Below are positions 18,582 through 28,665 of a stretch of 50,919 bases of DNA, piece by piece. The stretch lies in contig DAOSDD010000002.1 in assembly GCA_035362115.1 (NCBI GenBank), positions 1-50,919 of the forward strand, written 5' to 3'. Every line of letters starts with the position of its first letter. Positions within the stretch are counted from its first letter, which is position 1. A model generated the notes under the pieces. The model was given only the letters and a program-made list of their open reading frames with translations. It ran no database searches and had not been told where the DNA came from. Source of the stretch: Clostridiales bacterium (GTDB lineage: Bacteria; Bacillota; Clostridia; Acetivibrionales; DUMC01). Made by a program: the position numbers and the translations under genes.

Positions 18582-20285
18582 ATGCAAAAGACAAAGAAAA
18601 AGATAATATCAATAATAAGTAAATTAATGGTGACTTGCCTGGTTGTCATATTGATCTTGATTCAAGTACAGGTAAAAGCGGAATCATCGAATAATAATGT
18701 ATTTGATGAAGTAAGAGTAGGAATGTTTTTTAAGAATTCTTCGTCACCTAATGTTTCAAATGAAATATCATATTTTAACATTTCATCTCCTAAAGGCGTT
18801 GAAGCAGGGTATTTAAAGGATGGTGAATTCTTCAAAATATTTGATACTGGTGATGGTTCTGTATTAACAGTTCGCAAAGATTCATACTACATTATTGATG
18901 GCGCTTCAATACAAGAATGTAAACCTGGTGCAAATAATTTACCAGAAGAGAGTAAAATTGGTCCCTTCCATATTCAGGTTGGAGGTTCTTATGATAACTA
19001 TGAAACAGTTAAAACTGAAGTAGATAAATACATACAAAAGGGTATAAATGTATATCCGGCTTATACTGATTCATGGTATATCTGGACAGGTTTTTATGTA
19101 GACCAAAATTCTGCTGAGCAAAACATTAAAAATTCTCTCATTCCTAAAATCGGTGAGGAGAAATACAGTATTGTACAACCTTCAAAAAATAATATTGTTG
19201 TTACCATGAAATCTAATGAAACCAGACTGATATTTGGAAATAGTGAAGGGTATTTTCAAGTTAGGCCGCGGATGGAAAACAATCCGTATATATTTAATAT
19301 TAACGGAAAAAATTATAGAGGAATAATTGAAACAAGAAGATTGGAAGAAAGTGATTTAACAGTAATAAATATACTCCCTATAGAGCATTATTTATATGGA
19401 GTGGTACCATCTGAGATCGAATGGTCGTCTCACCCTGAAGCATTAAAGGCTCAGGCTGTAGCAGCAAGAACTTATATTTATAATAATATGGGAAAATACT
19501 CAAAACTGGGATTTGATGTATGTAGCAGCGTAAATTCTCAGGTTTACGGAGGATTTAGCGTGGAAAAAGAAACAACTAATAAAGCTGTTGACGAAACGCA
19601 GGGTAAGAAATTATACTATAATAGTGTTCTTGCCCAGGTGTTTTACTTCAGCTCAAGCGGGGGAAGGACGGAGGCTGCGAAAAATGTATGGTCTGAGGAT
19701 CTTCCGTATTTGCAAAGTGTAGAAGATAAATATGAACAGGAAGGATCAAAAAACTATACTTGGGAAAAAACAATATCAGCAGCTAAAGCTGGAGATATTA
19801 TGGTTTCCTTGGGTAATGATATTGGTGAGGTGTTAAGAATAACAATCGACAATACTTCAGAAGCAGGAAGAGCAATAAAGATGACGGTTGCTGGAACTAA
19901 AGGGGAAAAAGTTTTCCTAAATTCAAGATGCAGAGATTTGTTGAGCTTGCCCAGCCAATGGTTTACAATATCAACAGACTCTGATGCAGCGGTATGGAAT
20001 AGTTCGGCTAATGAAAAGATTAGTGTGCAGGTTGGAGGGAAAAAGGTAGTTTCAGTAAACGGTTCAGGTACTATAGCTGTAAATGGAAACATTTCAGTAC
20101 TGGGAGATAATGGATTAAAAAGGATAATACCAGCAGTTCCTTCTACATATACCTTTAGCGGCAGAGGTTATGGACATGCAGTTGGTATGAGTCAACAGGG
20201 CGCAAAGGGGATGGCAAATGCAGGTTTCACATATGAAGATATTTTACTGCATTATTTCTACGGTACAAATATTAAATATGAGTAG
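18582..20285 (+). CDS. SpoIID/LytB domain protein (peptidoglycan amidase enhancer family)
   Basis: ORF 18522-20285. The likely start is ATG 18582 (MQKTKKKIIS), after an AAGGTGG SD. It has a signal/TM segment. The SpoIID core motifs are EHYLYGVVPSE, AQAVAARTY and FSSSGGRTE. Confidence 0.8.
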   Translation: MQKTKKKIISIISKLMVTCLVVILILIQVQVKAESSNNNVFDEVRVGMFFKNSSSPNVSNEISYFNISSPKGVEAGYLKDGEFFKIFDTGDGSVLTVRKDSYYIIDGASIQECKPGANNLPEESKIGPFHIQVGGSYDNYETVKTEVDKYIQKGINVYPAYTDSWYIWTGFYVDQNSAEQNIKNSLIPKIGEEKYSIVQPSKNNIVVTMKSNETRLIFGNSEGYFQVRPRMENNPYIFNINGKNYRGIIETRRLEESDLTVINILPIEHYLYGVVPSEIEWSSHPEALKAQAVAARTYIYNNMGKYSKLGFDVCSSVNSQVYGGFSVEKETTNKAVDETQGKKLYYNSVLAQVFYFSSSGGRTEAAKNVWSEDLPYLQSVEDKYEQEGSKNYTWEKTISAAKAGDIMVSLGNDIGEVLRITIDNTSEAGRAIKMTVAGTKGEKVFLNSRCRDLLSLPSQWFTISTDSDAAVWNSSANEKISVQVGGKKVVSVNGSGTIAVNGNISVLGDNGLKRIIPAVPSTYTFSGRGYGHAVGMSQQGAKGMANAGFTYEDILLHYFYGTNIKYE

Positions 20286-20335
20286 TTTGAAGAGTGCAGT
20301 TAAATTAAAATAGCAGGTTAGGAATGATATTATCA

Positions 20336-21361
20336 ATGAAGGTTAAAGATTTTTACTATGAGCTTCCTAAGGAGTTAATTGCTCAGGAACCTCTGAAAGA
20401 AAGAAGTTCATCTAGATTAATGGTACTGGAAAAAAGTACCGGAGGAATAACACATGAAATATTTAATAATATTGCAGGATACTTAAAGCAAGGGGATTGC
20501 CTTGTAATTAATGATACAAGAGTAATACCGGCAAGGCTTTTAGGTGAAAAAGAGGATACAGGCGGAAAGATTGAGTTTGTTCTGTTAAAGAAAGAAAGAG
20601 ATGATATATGGGAAGTTATTCTAAAGCCCGGCAGGAGAGCAAGACCGGGTTCAAGATTTGTTTTTGGGGATGGCATTCTTAAAGCTGAGATTATCGATAT
20701 ACTTGATGAAGGAAATAGACTGGTAAAATTCGAATTTGAAGGAATATTTGAACAGGTACTGGACAAAGTGGGTATAGTACCTCTTCCTCCATATATTACA
20801 AAAAAACTTTCAGATTCCGAAAGATATCAGACTGTATATTCAAAATACAGAGGCTCAGCAGCGGCCCCTACGGCAGGATTGCATTTTACAAATGAATTAA
20901 TTGATTCAATTAAACTAATGGGAGTGGAAGTAGCCAACATTACTTTACATATAGGATTAGGTACTTTCCGCCCGGTAAAAGTTGATAATGTGGAAGAGCA
21001 TCATATGCATTCAGAGTATTACAAAATTGACCAGGAAACCTGTAATAAAATAAATGCTGCAAAAAAATCAGGAGGAAGAATAATTGCAGTTGGAACTACA
21101 AGCTGCAGGGTATTGGAAACAGCTTCCGGACAGGATGGGCTGCTAAAGAGCGGGGAAGGGTATACGGATATTTTTATATATCCAGGTTATAAATTTAAAA
21201 TGATTGGTGGCCTTATAACCAATTTTCATCTCCCGGAATCCACTTTAATAATGCTTGTTAGTGCCTTTGCAGGTTATGATAATGTGATGGAAGCATATAA
21301 GACTGCTGTAAATGAAAGATATAGGTTTTTCAGCTTTGGGGATGCGATGTTCATAATATGA
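20336..21361 (+). CDS. queA: S-adenosylmethionine:tRNA ribosyltransferase-isomerase
   Basis: [19 protein letters not shown] is the typical QueA N-terminus. The ORF track start at 20324 is probably too early. Confidence 0.92.
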   Translation: MKVKDFYYELPKELIAQEPLKERSSSRLMVLEKSTGGITHEIFNNIAGYLKQGDCLVINDTRVIPARLLGEKEDTGGKIEFVLLKKERDDIWEVILKPGRRARPGSRFVFGDGILKAEIIDILDEGNRLVKFEFEGIFEQVLDKVGIVPLPPYITKKLSDSERYQTVYSKYRGSAAAPTAGLHFTNELIDSIKLMGVEVANITLHIGLGTFRPVKVDNVEEHHMHSEYYKIDQETCNKINAAKKSGGRIIAVGTTSCRVLETASGQDGLLKSGEGYTDIFIYPGYKFKMIGGLITNFHLPESTLIMLVSAFAGYDNVMEAYKTAVNERYRFFSFGDAMFII

Positions 21362-21407
21362 TTTATACTTTTTTAAAACTTATTATACCTTAAGTATCAG
21401 AGGTTAG

Positions 21408-22556
<1,149 letters not shown>

Positions 22557-22590
22557 ATTTTATCAAAATTGTAAGAAGGAGGATGGTAAA

Positions 22591-22896
22591 ATGCCGGAAG
22601 AGGGTGCTGCAGGTTTGGCAGGTTTGGGAGGCGTTGGATTTATACTGTATATAGTATTTATTATTGGTATTATGTACTTACTTGTTTTTCTACCACAAAA
22701 GAAAAGAGATAAAAAAGCAAAAGAAATGATTAGTTCTTTAAAAGTAGGAGATAAGGTTGTAACCATTGGTGGATTAGCAGGAAAAATAATAAATATTAAA
22801 GATGACGAAGTTACAGTAGAAACAGGGGTTGAAAAAACCAAAATGACCTTGAAAAACTGGGCCATAAAAGAAGTTGATAAACCTATTGAAGCATAG
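22591..22896 (+). CDS. yajC: Preprotein translocase subunit YajC
   Basis: 101 aa with a single TM segment followed by QKKRDKKAKEMISSLKVGDKVVTIGGLAGKI. Confidence 0.9.
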   Translation: MPEEGAAGLAGLGGVGFILYIVFIIGIMYLLVFLPQKKRDKKAKEMISSLKVGDKVVTIGGLAGKIINIKDDEVTVETGVEKTKMTLKNWAIKEVDKPIEA

Positions 22897-22924
22897 TTTG
22901 AAAAAATTGCATAAATTTCTTTCA

Positions 22925-22946
22925 AATATGCATGTGCATATTTTTT
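22925..22946 (+). terminator. Intrinsic terminator of the queA-tgt-yajC operon
   Basis: AATATGC-ATGT-GCATATT followed by TTTT. Confidence 0.65.
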
Positions 22947-22996
22947 AAGCAGGAATATTGAAAACAACAGATTGCACATGCGGAAAAAATGAGAAT

Positions 22997-23035
22997 AAGG
23001 TGGAGCATTTCCAGGAAAATGGATGGCTTCACCTT
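22997..23035 (+). other. Stem-loop in the yajC-downstream leader region
   Basis: AAGGTGGAGC (22997-23006) pairs with GCTTCACCTT (23026-23035), including one G-U pair. It is followed by TATTTGTT. Confidence 0.45.
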
Positions 23036-23044
23036 TATTTGTTG

Positions 23045-23100
23045 GAGGTCAGAGGTCGGAGATTAGAGATTAGAGGTTGAAGGTTAGAGGTTGGAGGTTG
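23045..23100 (+). repeat. Tandem heptanucleotide array, 8 units (GAGGTCA GAGGTCG GAGATTA GAGATTA GAGGTTG AAGGTTA GAGGTTG GAGGTTG)
   Basis: Read directly from the sequence. GAG/AAG triplets recur with a strict 7-nt period. The region is non-coding, with stops in all forward frames. Confidence 0.85.
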
Positions 23101-23132
23101 GAAATGTCATGTGATAAGTGAAAAGTTGTTCT

Positions 23133-23176
23133 AATATTCCTGCCATTCAAATAGATTATATTAGGAATATTTTTTG
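23133..23176 (+). terminator. Terminator-like hairpin immediately upstream of the TIGR04086-type gene (putative attenuator)
   Basis: AATATTCCT (23133-23141) pairs with AGGAATATT (23163-23171), with a 21-nt loop, and is followed by TTTTT. The SD and start of the next gene follow within 20 nt. Confidence 0.5.
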
Positions 23177-23190
23177 GGCGGGGGTATGTT

Positions 23191-23649
23191 ATGTTAAAAA
23201 AGTCTTTGCAAAAAAAAAGCAGTAGTTCAGACGAACAATTAAAACTGACTATTTTATTAAAAGGCGTTATATTAGCCTACATAATAACAATACCTTTTTT
23301 TATTTTATTTTCCCTTATACTTTCTTACACTAATTTCCCGGAAAATTACATATCTACTGCAGTTACAAGTGTTACTATAATTAGTGTATTAATATCAAGT
23401 ACATCTGTTTCAAGAAACATAAAAAACAAAGGCTTGTTTAGCGGTGCATTTATTGGCTTTTTTTATATGTTTATACTATACATTATTAATGGTATCGTAT
23501 TTAAAAACTACTCCATAACCAGACATTTAATAACTATGACATTTATTTGCATACTAACAGGTTCTGTAGGGGGAATTATGGGGGTTAATATTGGGACAGG
23601 TAAAAGGTCAAGGATAAAGTCAAGACCCAAGCGGGGAAGGGTAAGATAG
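23191..23649 (+). CDS. Small integral membrane protein (TIGR04086/YrzE-like), basic C-terminal tail
   Basis: 152 aa with about 4 TM segments, GSVGGIMGVN, and the tail GKRSRIKSRPKRGRVR. Its position between yajC and the SCIFF pair is the usual clostridial arrangement, as far as I recall. Confidence 0.7.
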   Translation: MLKKSLQKKSSSSDEQLKLTILLKGVILAYIITIPFFILFSLILSYTNFPENYISTAVTSVTIISVLISSTSVSRNIKNKGLFSGAFIGFFYMFILYIINGIVFKNYSITRHLITMTFICILTGSVGGIMGVNIGTGKRSRIKSRPKRGRVR

Positions 23650-23755
23650 GTAGAAGGGAAATCGCACCCTTTTTTCAAAAAATGCTTTTCAAAACTGAAT
23701 CTCTATGCTACAATAAATGCGATTAAGCAAATAAATTTTAAAGGGGGCAAATATA

Positions 23756-23896
23756 ATGAAGCATATAAAAACTATAAGTGCTTCCGTTCTTAAAAGATCA
23801 GCTAAGAACAGCGGATGTGGTGAATGTCAGACATCATGCCAGTCAGCATGTAAGACATCATGTACTGTAGGAAATCAAAAATGTGAAAAAAATTAA
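23756..23896 (+). CDS. scfA: Six-cysteine ranthipeptide precursor SCIFF (46 aa)
   Basis: Absent from the ORF track. The product is MKHIKTISASVLKRSAKNSGCGECQTSCQSACKTSCTVGNQKCEKN. The GCGECQTSCQSACKTSCTVGNQ core is the SCIFF signature. An AAGGGGG SD lies 8 nt upstream. Confidence 0.9.
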   Translation: MKHIKTISASVLKRSAKNSGCGECQTSCQSACKTSCTVGNQKCEKN

Positions 23897-23932
23897 CTTC
23901 GAAAGATTAATGAGTAAAATTTTTTAGAAGAC

Positions 23933-23952
23933 AGGAGGTTTGTGGACCTCCT
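23933..23952 (+). other. GC-rich hairpin between scfA and scfB (possible partial terminator or processing site)
   Basis: AGGAGGT-TTGTGG-ACCTCCT followed by CTAATTTT. Confidence 0.45.
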
Positions 23953-23983
23953 CTAATTTTGTGTAAATTTAAGGAGAAAAAAC

Positions 23984-25348
23984 ATGAAAGAAGGTTTTAT
24001 ACACAAGTTTTCGCTTAATGGGACGAATACTGTTGTTGATGTAAATAGTGGTTCTGTGCATATTTTTGACCCCGTTGCCTATGAAGTTCTTGACTATTAT
24101 GCTGAAGATTTTAAGGAAGAAGAAATAATAGCAAAATTGGGTGATAAGTACGGGAAAGAACAGGTACACGAAGCTTTTAAAGAAATAACCCAGCTAAAGC
24201 AAGAAGGAATGTTATTTTCAGAAGATGAATACCACTTTTCTGTTGCAAAAAACAATGATATACAGTTTAAAGCAATGTGTCTGCACGTGTCTCATGATTG
24301 TAACATGCGTTGCAGGTACTGTTTTGCATCTAAAGGAGATTTTGGATCCGGAAGAAAACTTATGGATGTCGAAACTGGCAAGAAAGCTATTGATTTCTTG
24401 ATAAAGAATTCCGGTAAACGTAGAAATCTCGAAGTGGATTTCTTTGGTGGGGAGCCCTTAATGAACTTTGATGTAATGAAAGATATCGTATCCTATGCCA
24501 GAGAGAAGGAACAAGAATATAATAAGAATTTCCGGTTTACAGTAACCACAAATGCATTGCTTTTAGATAAAGACAAAATGGATTATATAAATGAGAATTT
24601 TGTTAATGTGGTATTAAGTCTTGACGGTCGAAAAGAGATAAATGATAAAATGCGGGTTAGGGTTGATAATTCAGGAACATACTCACATATTATACAAAAA
24701 ATAAAGGATATGGCTGAATCCCGAAATCAGGAAAACTACTATGTAAGAGGCACTTACACCAGGGAGAATATTGATTTCTCCAATGATGTTCTGCATCTTG
24801 CCGATGAAGGGTTCAAGCAAGTTTCAGTTGAGCCTGTTGTTGCAGCAGCCGGTTCAGGTTACGATATCAGAGAAGAGGATCTGCCTGAAATTAAAGCTGA
24901 ATATGAAAAATTGGCCCTTGAGTATGTGAATAGAAACAACTCAGGCAGTGGATTTAATTTTTTCCACTTTATGATTGACCTTGAACATGGACCTTGTGCA
25001 GAAAAAAGGTACAAAGGTTGTGGCTCCGGTTTTGAGTATATAGCGGTAACACCTGAGGGGGATATCTATCCTTGTCATCAGTTTGTAGGAATTGATGAAT
25101 TTAAAATGGGAAATGTTTATGATGGAAATATAGATGATAAAATAGTCTGTACTTTCAAAAATTGCAATATTACTTCAAAGGATGAATGCAGCAGATGTTG
25201 GGCAAAATTCTATTGTGGTGGGGGCTGTGCTGCTAATGCATTCAATTTTAATAAAGACATAAACAAACCTTATAAAGTTGGATGTGAATTGGAAAAAAAG
25301 AGAGTAGAGTGTGCTTTGTGGATAAAAACACAGATACATTCACTTTAG
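23984..25348 (+). CDS. scfB: Radical SAM/SPASM thioether cross-link-forming SCIFF maturase
   Basis: 454 aa with the radical SAM motif CNMRCRYC, a C-terminal SPASM Cys cluster (CSRCWAKFYCGGGC), and a position adjacent to scfA. Confidence 0.92.
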   Translation: MKEGFIHKFSLNGTNTVVDVNSGSVHIFDPVAYEVLDYYAEDFKEEEIIAKLGDKYGKEQVHEAFKEITQLKQEGMLFSEDEYHFSVAKNNDIQFKAMCLHVSHDCNMRCRYCFASKGDFGSGRKLMDVETGKKAIDFLIKNSGKRRNLEVDFFGGEPLMNFDVMKDIVSYAREKEQEYNKNFRFTVTTNALLLDKDKMDYINENFVNVVLSLDGRKEINDKMRVRVDNSGTYSHIIQKIKDMAESRNQENYYVRGTYTRENIDFSNDVLHLADEGFKQVSVEPVVAAAGSGYDIREEDLPEIKAEYEKLALEYVNRNNSGSGFNFFHFMIDLEHGPCAEKRYKGCGSGFEYIAVTPEGDIYPCHQFVGIDEFKMGNVYDGNIDDKIVCTFKNCNITSKDECSRCWAKFYCGGGCAANAFNFNKDINKPYKVGCELEKKRVECALWIKTQIHSL

Positions 25349-25459
25349 AATGAGTTACCATAAGTAAAAGGAAATACCTGTGAATATTACTATGTGTGTT
25401 AGATTGCTTTATATTACAAATTAACCTTAATATTTCAAAGGGCTGAAGAATGATAAGTA

Positions 25460-25488
25460 TTGACTGCATGTCCTCATAGTTATATAAT
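25460..25488 (+). promoter_or_regulatory. Putative sigma-A promoter of secDF
   Basis: TTGACT, a 17-nt spacer, then TATAAT, about 40 nt before the secD start. Confidence 0.6.
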
Positions 25489-25528
25489 ATCGACATATGG
25501 ACATGAAACAAAGGGGGAATTAATTAAC

Positions 25529-26815
25529 ATGAGAAGAAGCAGCTGGGTCGGTTTTGTGCTTGTAGTAGTAATAATAGCGCTATTGGCTTTTCTTGCCCTG
25601 GATGGGGGAAATGCAATAGGAATAAATGGTATTAGTAAAACCAGGACTGGAATTGATATTAAAGGTGGTATATATACAACTCTTTATCCGGATCTTCCTG
25701 AAGGTCAAAAACCTACTGAAGAAGATTTGAACTCAGCCAGGATGATAATAGAAAAAAGACTTGAAAGCAAAGGTATTTATGATAAGAATGTAACTGTTGA
25801 GAAGGAACATGGCAGGATTATTGTAGAAATTCCATTTGCCCCGGGTGAAAAAGACTTTAACCCTCAAAAGGCTGTTGATGAAATCGGGAAAACAGCTTTG
25901 CTTACTTTCCAGGAAGTAGATGAAACTAAAGTAGATGAGAAAGGCGATTTCCTTCCTACAGGTAGAATTGTTATAGAGGGAAAGGATGTAAAAACTGCGG
26001 GTGTAGCAACAATGCCTGATACTGGTGAAATTGTTGTTACTCTTGAACTTAACAAGGAGGGTGCAGAAAAATTTGCTGAAGCAACTAAAAGATTGCTTGG
26101 TAAAAGAATTGCAATCTTTATGGACGATAGCTATATTACTGCACCTGTGGTTAATACTGTAATTCCCGATGGAAGTGCTCAAATTACCGGACAAAGAACT
26201 GCAAAAGAAGCTGGAGAGCTTGCAGATACAATTAGAGCCGGTGCTTTGCCTTTCAGACTTGTAGCAAAGGAATTAAACTCAGTAAGTCCGATACTTGGAG
26301 AAGGTGCCCTGAAAGTAACAATCAAAGCAGGAATAGTAGCATTTATACTTGTAGCTGCATTTATGATTGCATATTATAGGCTTGCCGGGCTTATAGCAGA
26401 TATTGCTTTATCAGGACTTGTTGTAACAACATTGTTATTAATTTCTGTAACAGGTAATACATTAACACTGCCTGGTATAGCAGGTATAATTCTTTCCGTA
26501 GGTATGGGAGTAGATGCAAATGTCGTAATTTTTGAAAGAATAAAAGAAGAACTTAAAAATAGAAAGACCATAGGAGCTGCGGTAGATGATGGATTTAGAA
26601 GAGCATTTACAGCAATTCTCGATTCTAACGTAACAACTATAATTACTGCTGCAGTACTATACTGGCTTGGTTCAGGTGCTATCAGGGGATTTGCACTTAC
26701 TCTTGGGATTGGTGTTGCAATAAGCTTTCTTACCGGGGTTACTGCTACCAGAGTTATGTTAAAATCTATATGTAGCGCAAAATTTGCCAAGAATCCCAAA
26801 TTATACGGAGCTTAA
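25529..26815 (+). CDS. secD: Protein translocase subunit SecD
   Basis: ORF 25460-26815. The likely start is ATG 25529 (MRRSSWVGFVLVV), after an AAGGGGGA SD. It has a periplasmic-type domain and a C-terminal 6-TM bundle (GIAGIILSVGMGVDANV). Confidence 0.92.
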   Translation: MRRSSWVGFVLVVVIIALLAFLALDGGNAIGINGISKTRTGIDIKGGIYTTLYPDLPEGQKPTEEDLNSARMIIEKRLESKGIYDKNVTVEKEHGRIIVEIPFAPGEKDFNPQKAVDEIGKTALLTFQEVDETKVDEKGDFLPTGRIVIEGKDVKTAGVATMPDTGEIVVTLELNKEGAEKFAEATKRLLGKRIAIFMDDSYITAPVVNTVIPDGSAQITGQRTAKEAGELADTIRAGALPFRLVAKELNSVSPILGEGALKVTIKAGIVAFILVAAFMIAYYRLAGLIADIALSGLVVTTLLLISVTGNTLTLPGIAGIILSVGMGVDANVVIFERIKEELKNRKTIGAAVDDGFRRAFTAILDSNVTTIITAAVLYWLGSGAIRGFALTLGIGVAISFLTGVTATRVMLKSICSAKFAKNPKLYGA

Positions 26816-26828
26816 AGGAGGTGCCTTA

Positions 26829-27791
26829 ATGATAGATTTAATGGGAAAAAAGAAAATATTTTTTGCTATATCAATCTTTGTTATTCTAGCAGGTGTAGTA
26901 GGATTAATAGTAAATGGCGGCTTGAATTATGATATTCAATTTCAGGGCGGCACCATTATACAGGTAGAAATGAGTGATGATAATTTTGATGCCAATAATA
27001 TTGGTTCTGTTGTAAGTGATATGCTTAATAAAAAGGTATCATCACAGAAACTAAAAACATATAACCCTAAGAATGAGGCAGAGAGCATTAATATATTAAT
27101 GCTTAAGGTTCCAAGCGACCATACATTGAGTGATACGGAAATTAATAATATTGTGGACTTATTGAGAAAAGATTATAATGTAAATCCTGAAGCTGAGATA
27201 CAGATGCAGAGCGTACAGCCATCTATAGCAGCAGAAATTAAACAAAAAGGCATTACAGCCATACTGGTATCATCAGCATTGATAATTGTATATATATGGT
27301 GGAGGTTCAGTAACATATCAGGACTGCCGGCTGCTATAACCGCAGTTATTGCCTTGATGCATGATGCACTTGTAATGTTGTCTGCATATGCTATTTTTAA
27401 GATACCGTTAAATGAGTCTTTCATAGCAGCAGTATTAACAATACTGGGATATTCACTAAATGATACAATTATTATTTATGACCGTATAAGGGAGAACAGC
27501 GGCAAGTTGAGAAAACTTCCTGTGAACGAGCTTGTTAACACAAGCATAACTCAGACTATGGGCCGTACAATAAATACTTCTGTTACAACACTTATAGCAA
27601 TAGTTATTGTATATATATTTGCGTCAGCAAATAATATACAGTCAATTAAAGAATTTAGTTTTCCGTTAATTATAGGTATTATAAGCGGAACTTATTCTTC
27701 AATTTTCATTGCCAGCCCATTATGGATGATGTGGAAGGAACGACAGAGCAAAGCTAAAATAGTCGCAAAACAAGCTAAAGCAAGAACCTGA
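26829..27791 (+). CDS. secF: Protein translocase subunit SecF
   Basis: ORF 26784-27791. The likely start is ATG 26829 (MIDLMGKKKIFF), after an AAAGGAGGTG SD. The motif LGYSLNDTIIIYDRIRE is present. Confidence 0.92.
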   Translation: MIDLMGKKKIFFAISIFVILAGVVGLIVNGGLNYDIQFQGGTIIQVEMSDDNFDANNIGSVVSDMLNKKVSSQKLKTYNPKNEAESINILMLKVPSDHTLSDTEINNIVDLLRKDYNVNPEAEIQMQSVQPSIAAEIKQKGITAILVSSALIIVYIWWRFSNISGLPAAITAVIALMHDALVMLSAYAIFKIPLNESFIAAVLTILGYSLNDTIIIYDRIRENSGKLRKLPVNELVNTSITQTMGRTINTSVTTLIAIVIVYIFASANNIQSIKEFSFPLIIGIISGTYSSIFIASPLWMMWKERQSKAKIVAKQAKART

Positions 27792-27850
27792 TATTATATA
27801 TTATATAATGTTATATATATATAATATATTGATATTAAAAAAATATACTA

Positions 27851-27891
27851 AAGGCGGTCGCCATAATAATTATTTATATGATGACCGCCTT
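27851..27891. terminator. Hairpin between convergent secF and a small membrane-protein gene
   Basis: AAGGCGGTC, a 23-nt AT loop, then GACCGCCTT. T-runs lie within a few nt on the minus-strand side. Confidence 0.55.
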
Positions 27892-27934
27892 AAATGTTTC
27901 ATATATGCTTTTTGCTGGATTTTGATATTTACTG

Positions 27935-28222
27935 CTATTTGTTACTAAAAGCATAATCAACTAACAGACATCCTATTACAACTTCTGCCAGAATAGTAAA
28001 ACTAGAATTAATAACAGAAGTAGCAATAAACTCCTTATAAGGATCATGGTTAAAGACAAAGCGGTTTAGAACAGAAAGTAAAGTGCCGGATGCAAATAAA
28101 AAAATAGAAATGTTAGCACCCAGTTTTATGAAACTAATTGTATGTTTGTTAAGTTTACATAATTCATTATAAATTTTTTTGATTGTTTTGTCGATACCTA
28201 GTGTTTTATTCAATTTAAGCAC
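27935..28222 (-). CDS. Hypothetical small membrane protein (2 predicted TM segments)
   Basis: 95-aa ORF with two hydrophobic stretches (ISIFLFASGTLLSVL, FTILAEVVIGCLLV) and a GGAAGGGTG SD region. The start is uncertain (GTG 28222 or TTG 28213). I recognise no family. Confidence 0.45.
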   Translation of the reverse strand: MLKLNKTLGIDKTIKKIYNELCKLNKHTISFIKLGANISIFLFASGTLLSVLNRFVFNHDPYKEFIATSVINSSFTILAEVVIGCLLVDYAFSNK

Positions 28223-28433
28223 CCTTCCAGATATTATACGTAATAAATTTTCTCTTATATGTTAACATAAAACAATACATACTTCAATACCTAATATTTA
28301 CCAGAGAAGCATTTTCTACATTTGAAGAGAAAGCACCTGTTTGCCAGAAGACAAAATAATTTAAATAAATAAAGGATATTTTGCTGAATATGTAGAATAT
28401 ATTTTACATTGGTTATTATAATTAATAACTTAT

Positions 28434-28511
28434 TATTACTATGCCAGTTTGGAAAGAGATATCTCTTCCGACTAGAAATGTACTTTCCATTGGCAACATA
28501 GCAAAGTAGTA
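28434..28511 (+). repeat. Palindromic intergenic repeat (TACTACT...AGTAGTA family), 78-nt short variant
   Basis: TATTACTATGCCAGTTTGGAAAG...CTTTCCATTGGCAACATAGCAAAGTAGTA. The core contains the perfect 12-nt palindrome AGAGATATCTCT (28455-28466). Confidence 0.85.
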
Positions 28512-28665
28512 TTAATATAATTTCAAATACTATATGATATTTGAATATAAATAACAAATTAAAATATTTGAGAAAAAAGAAGGATTATTGATATTTTTGT
28601 CGAAGAATAATATTCTATAGGATAATATTAATTGTGAAGGAGATGAGCGTTTTTAGTAATTGCTA

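Noticed and set aside
22563-22979. 138-aa minus-strand ORF covering yajC
   Set aside because: It is antisense to a well-supported yajC gene. The protein is low-complexity and hydrophobic, and it lacks an SD. It is a typical shadow ORF of an AT-rich genome.
22990-23070. 25-codon ORF MRIRWSISRKMDGFTFICWRSEVGD in the yajC-downstream leader
   Set aside because: There is no SD upstream of ATG 22990. The ORF merely spans the hairpin and the first heptamers.
23045-23100. CRISPR array or coding heptad repeat
   Set aside because: The period is only 7 nt with no spacers, so it is not a CRISPR. All three forward frames contain stops within the array, so it is not a coding repeat. It is kept as a non-coding finding instead.
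27791-27846. About 55-nt nearly pure A/T tract with local palindromes (ATTATATATTATATAAT) after secF
   Set aside because: It is low-complexity sequence between convergent genes, and palindromes are expected by chance in TA-repeats. No conserved motif or partner element was seen.
28291-28557. 88-aa minus-strand ORF upstream of dnaG
   Set aside because: It runs straight through the palindromic repeat copy (28434-28511) and AT-rich spacer. It has no SD, and its composition is non-protein-like.
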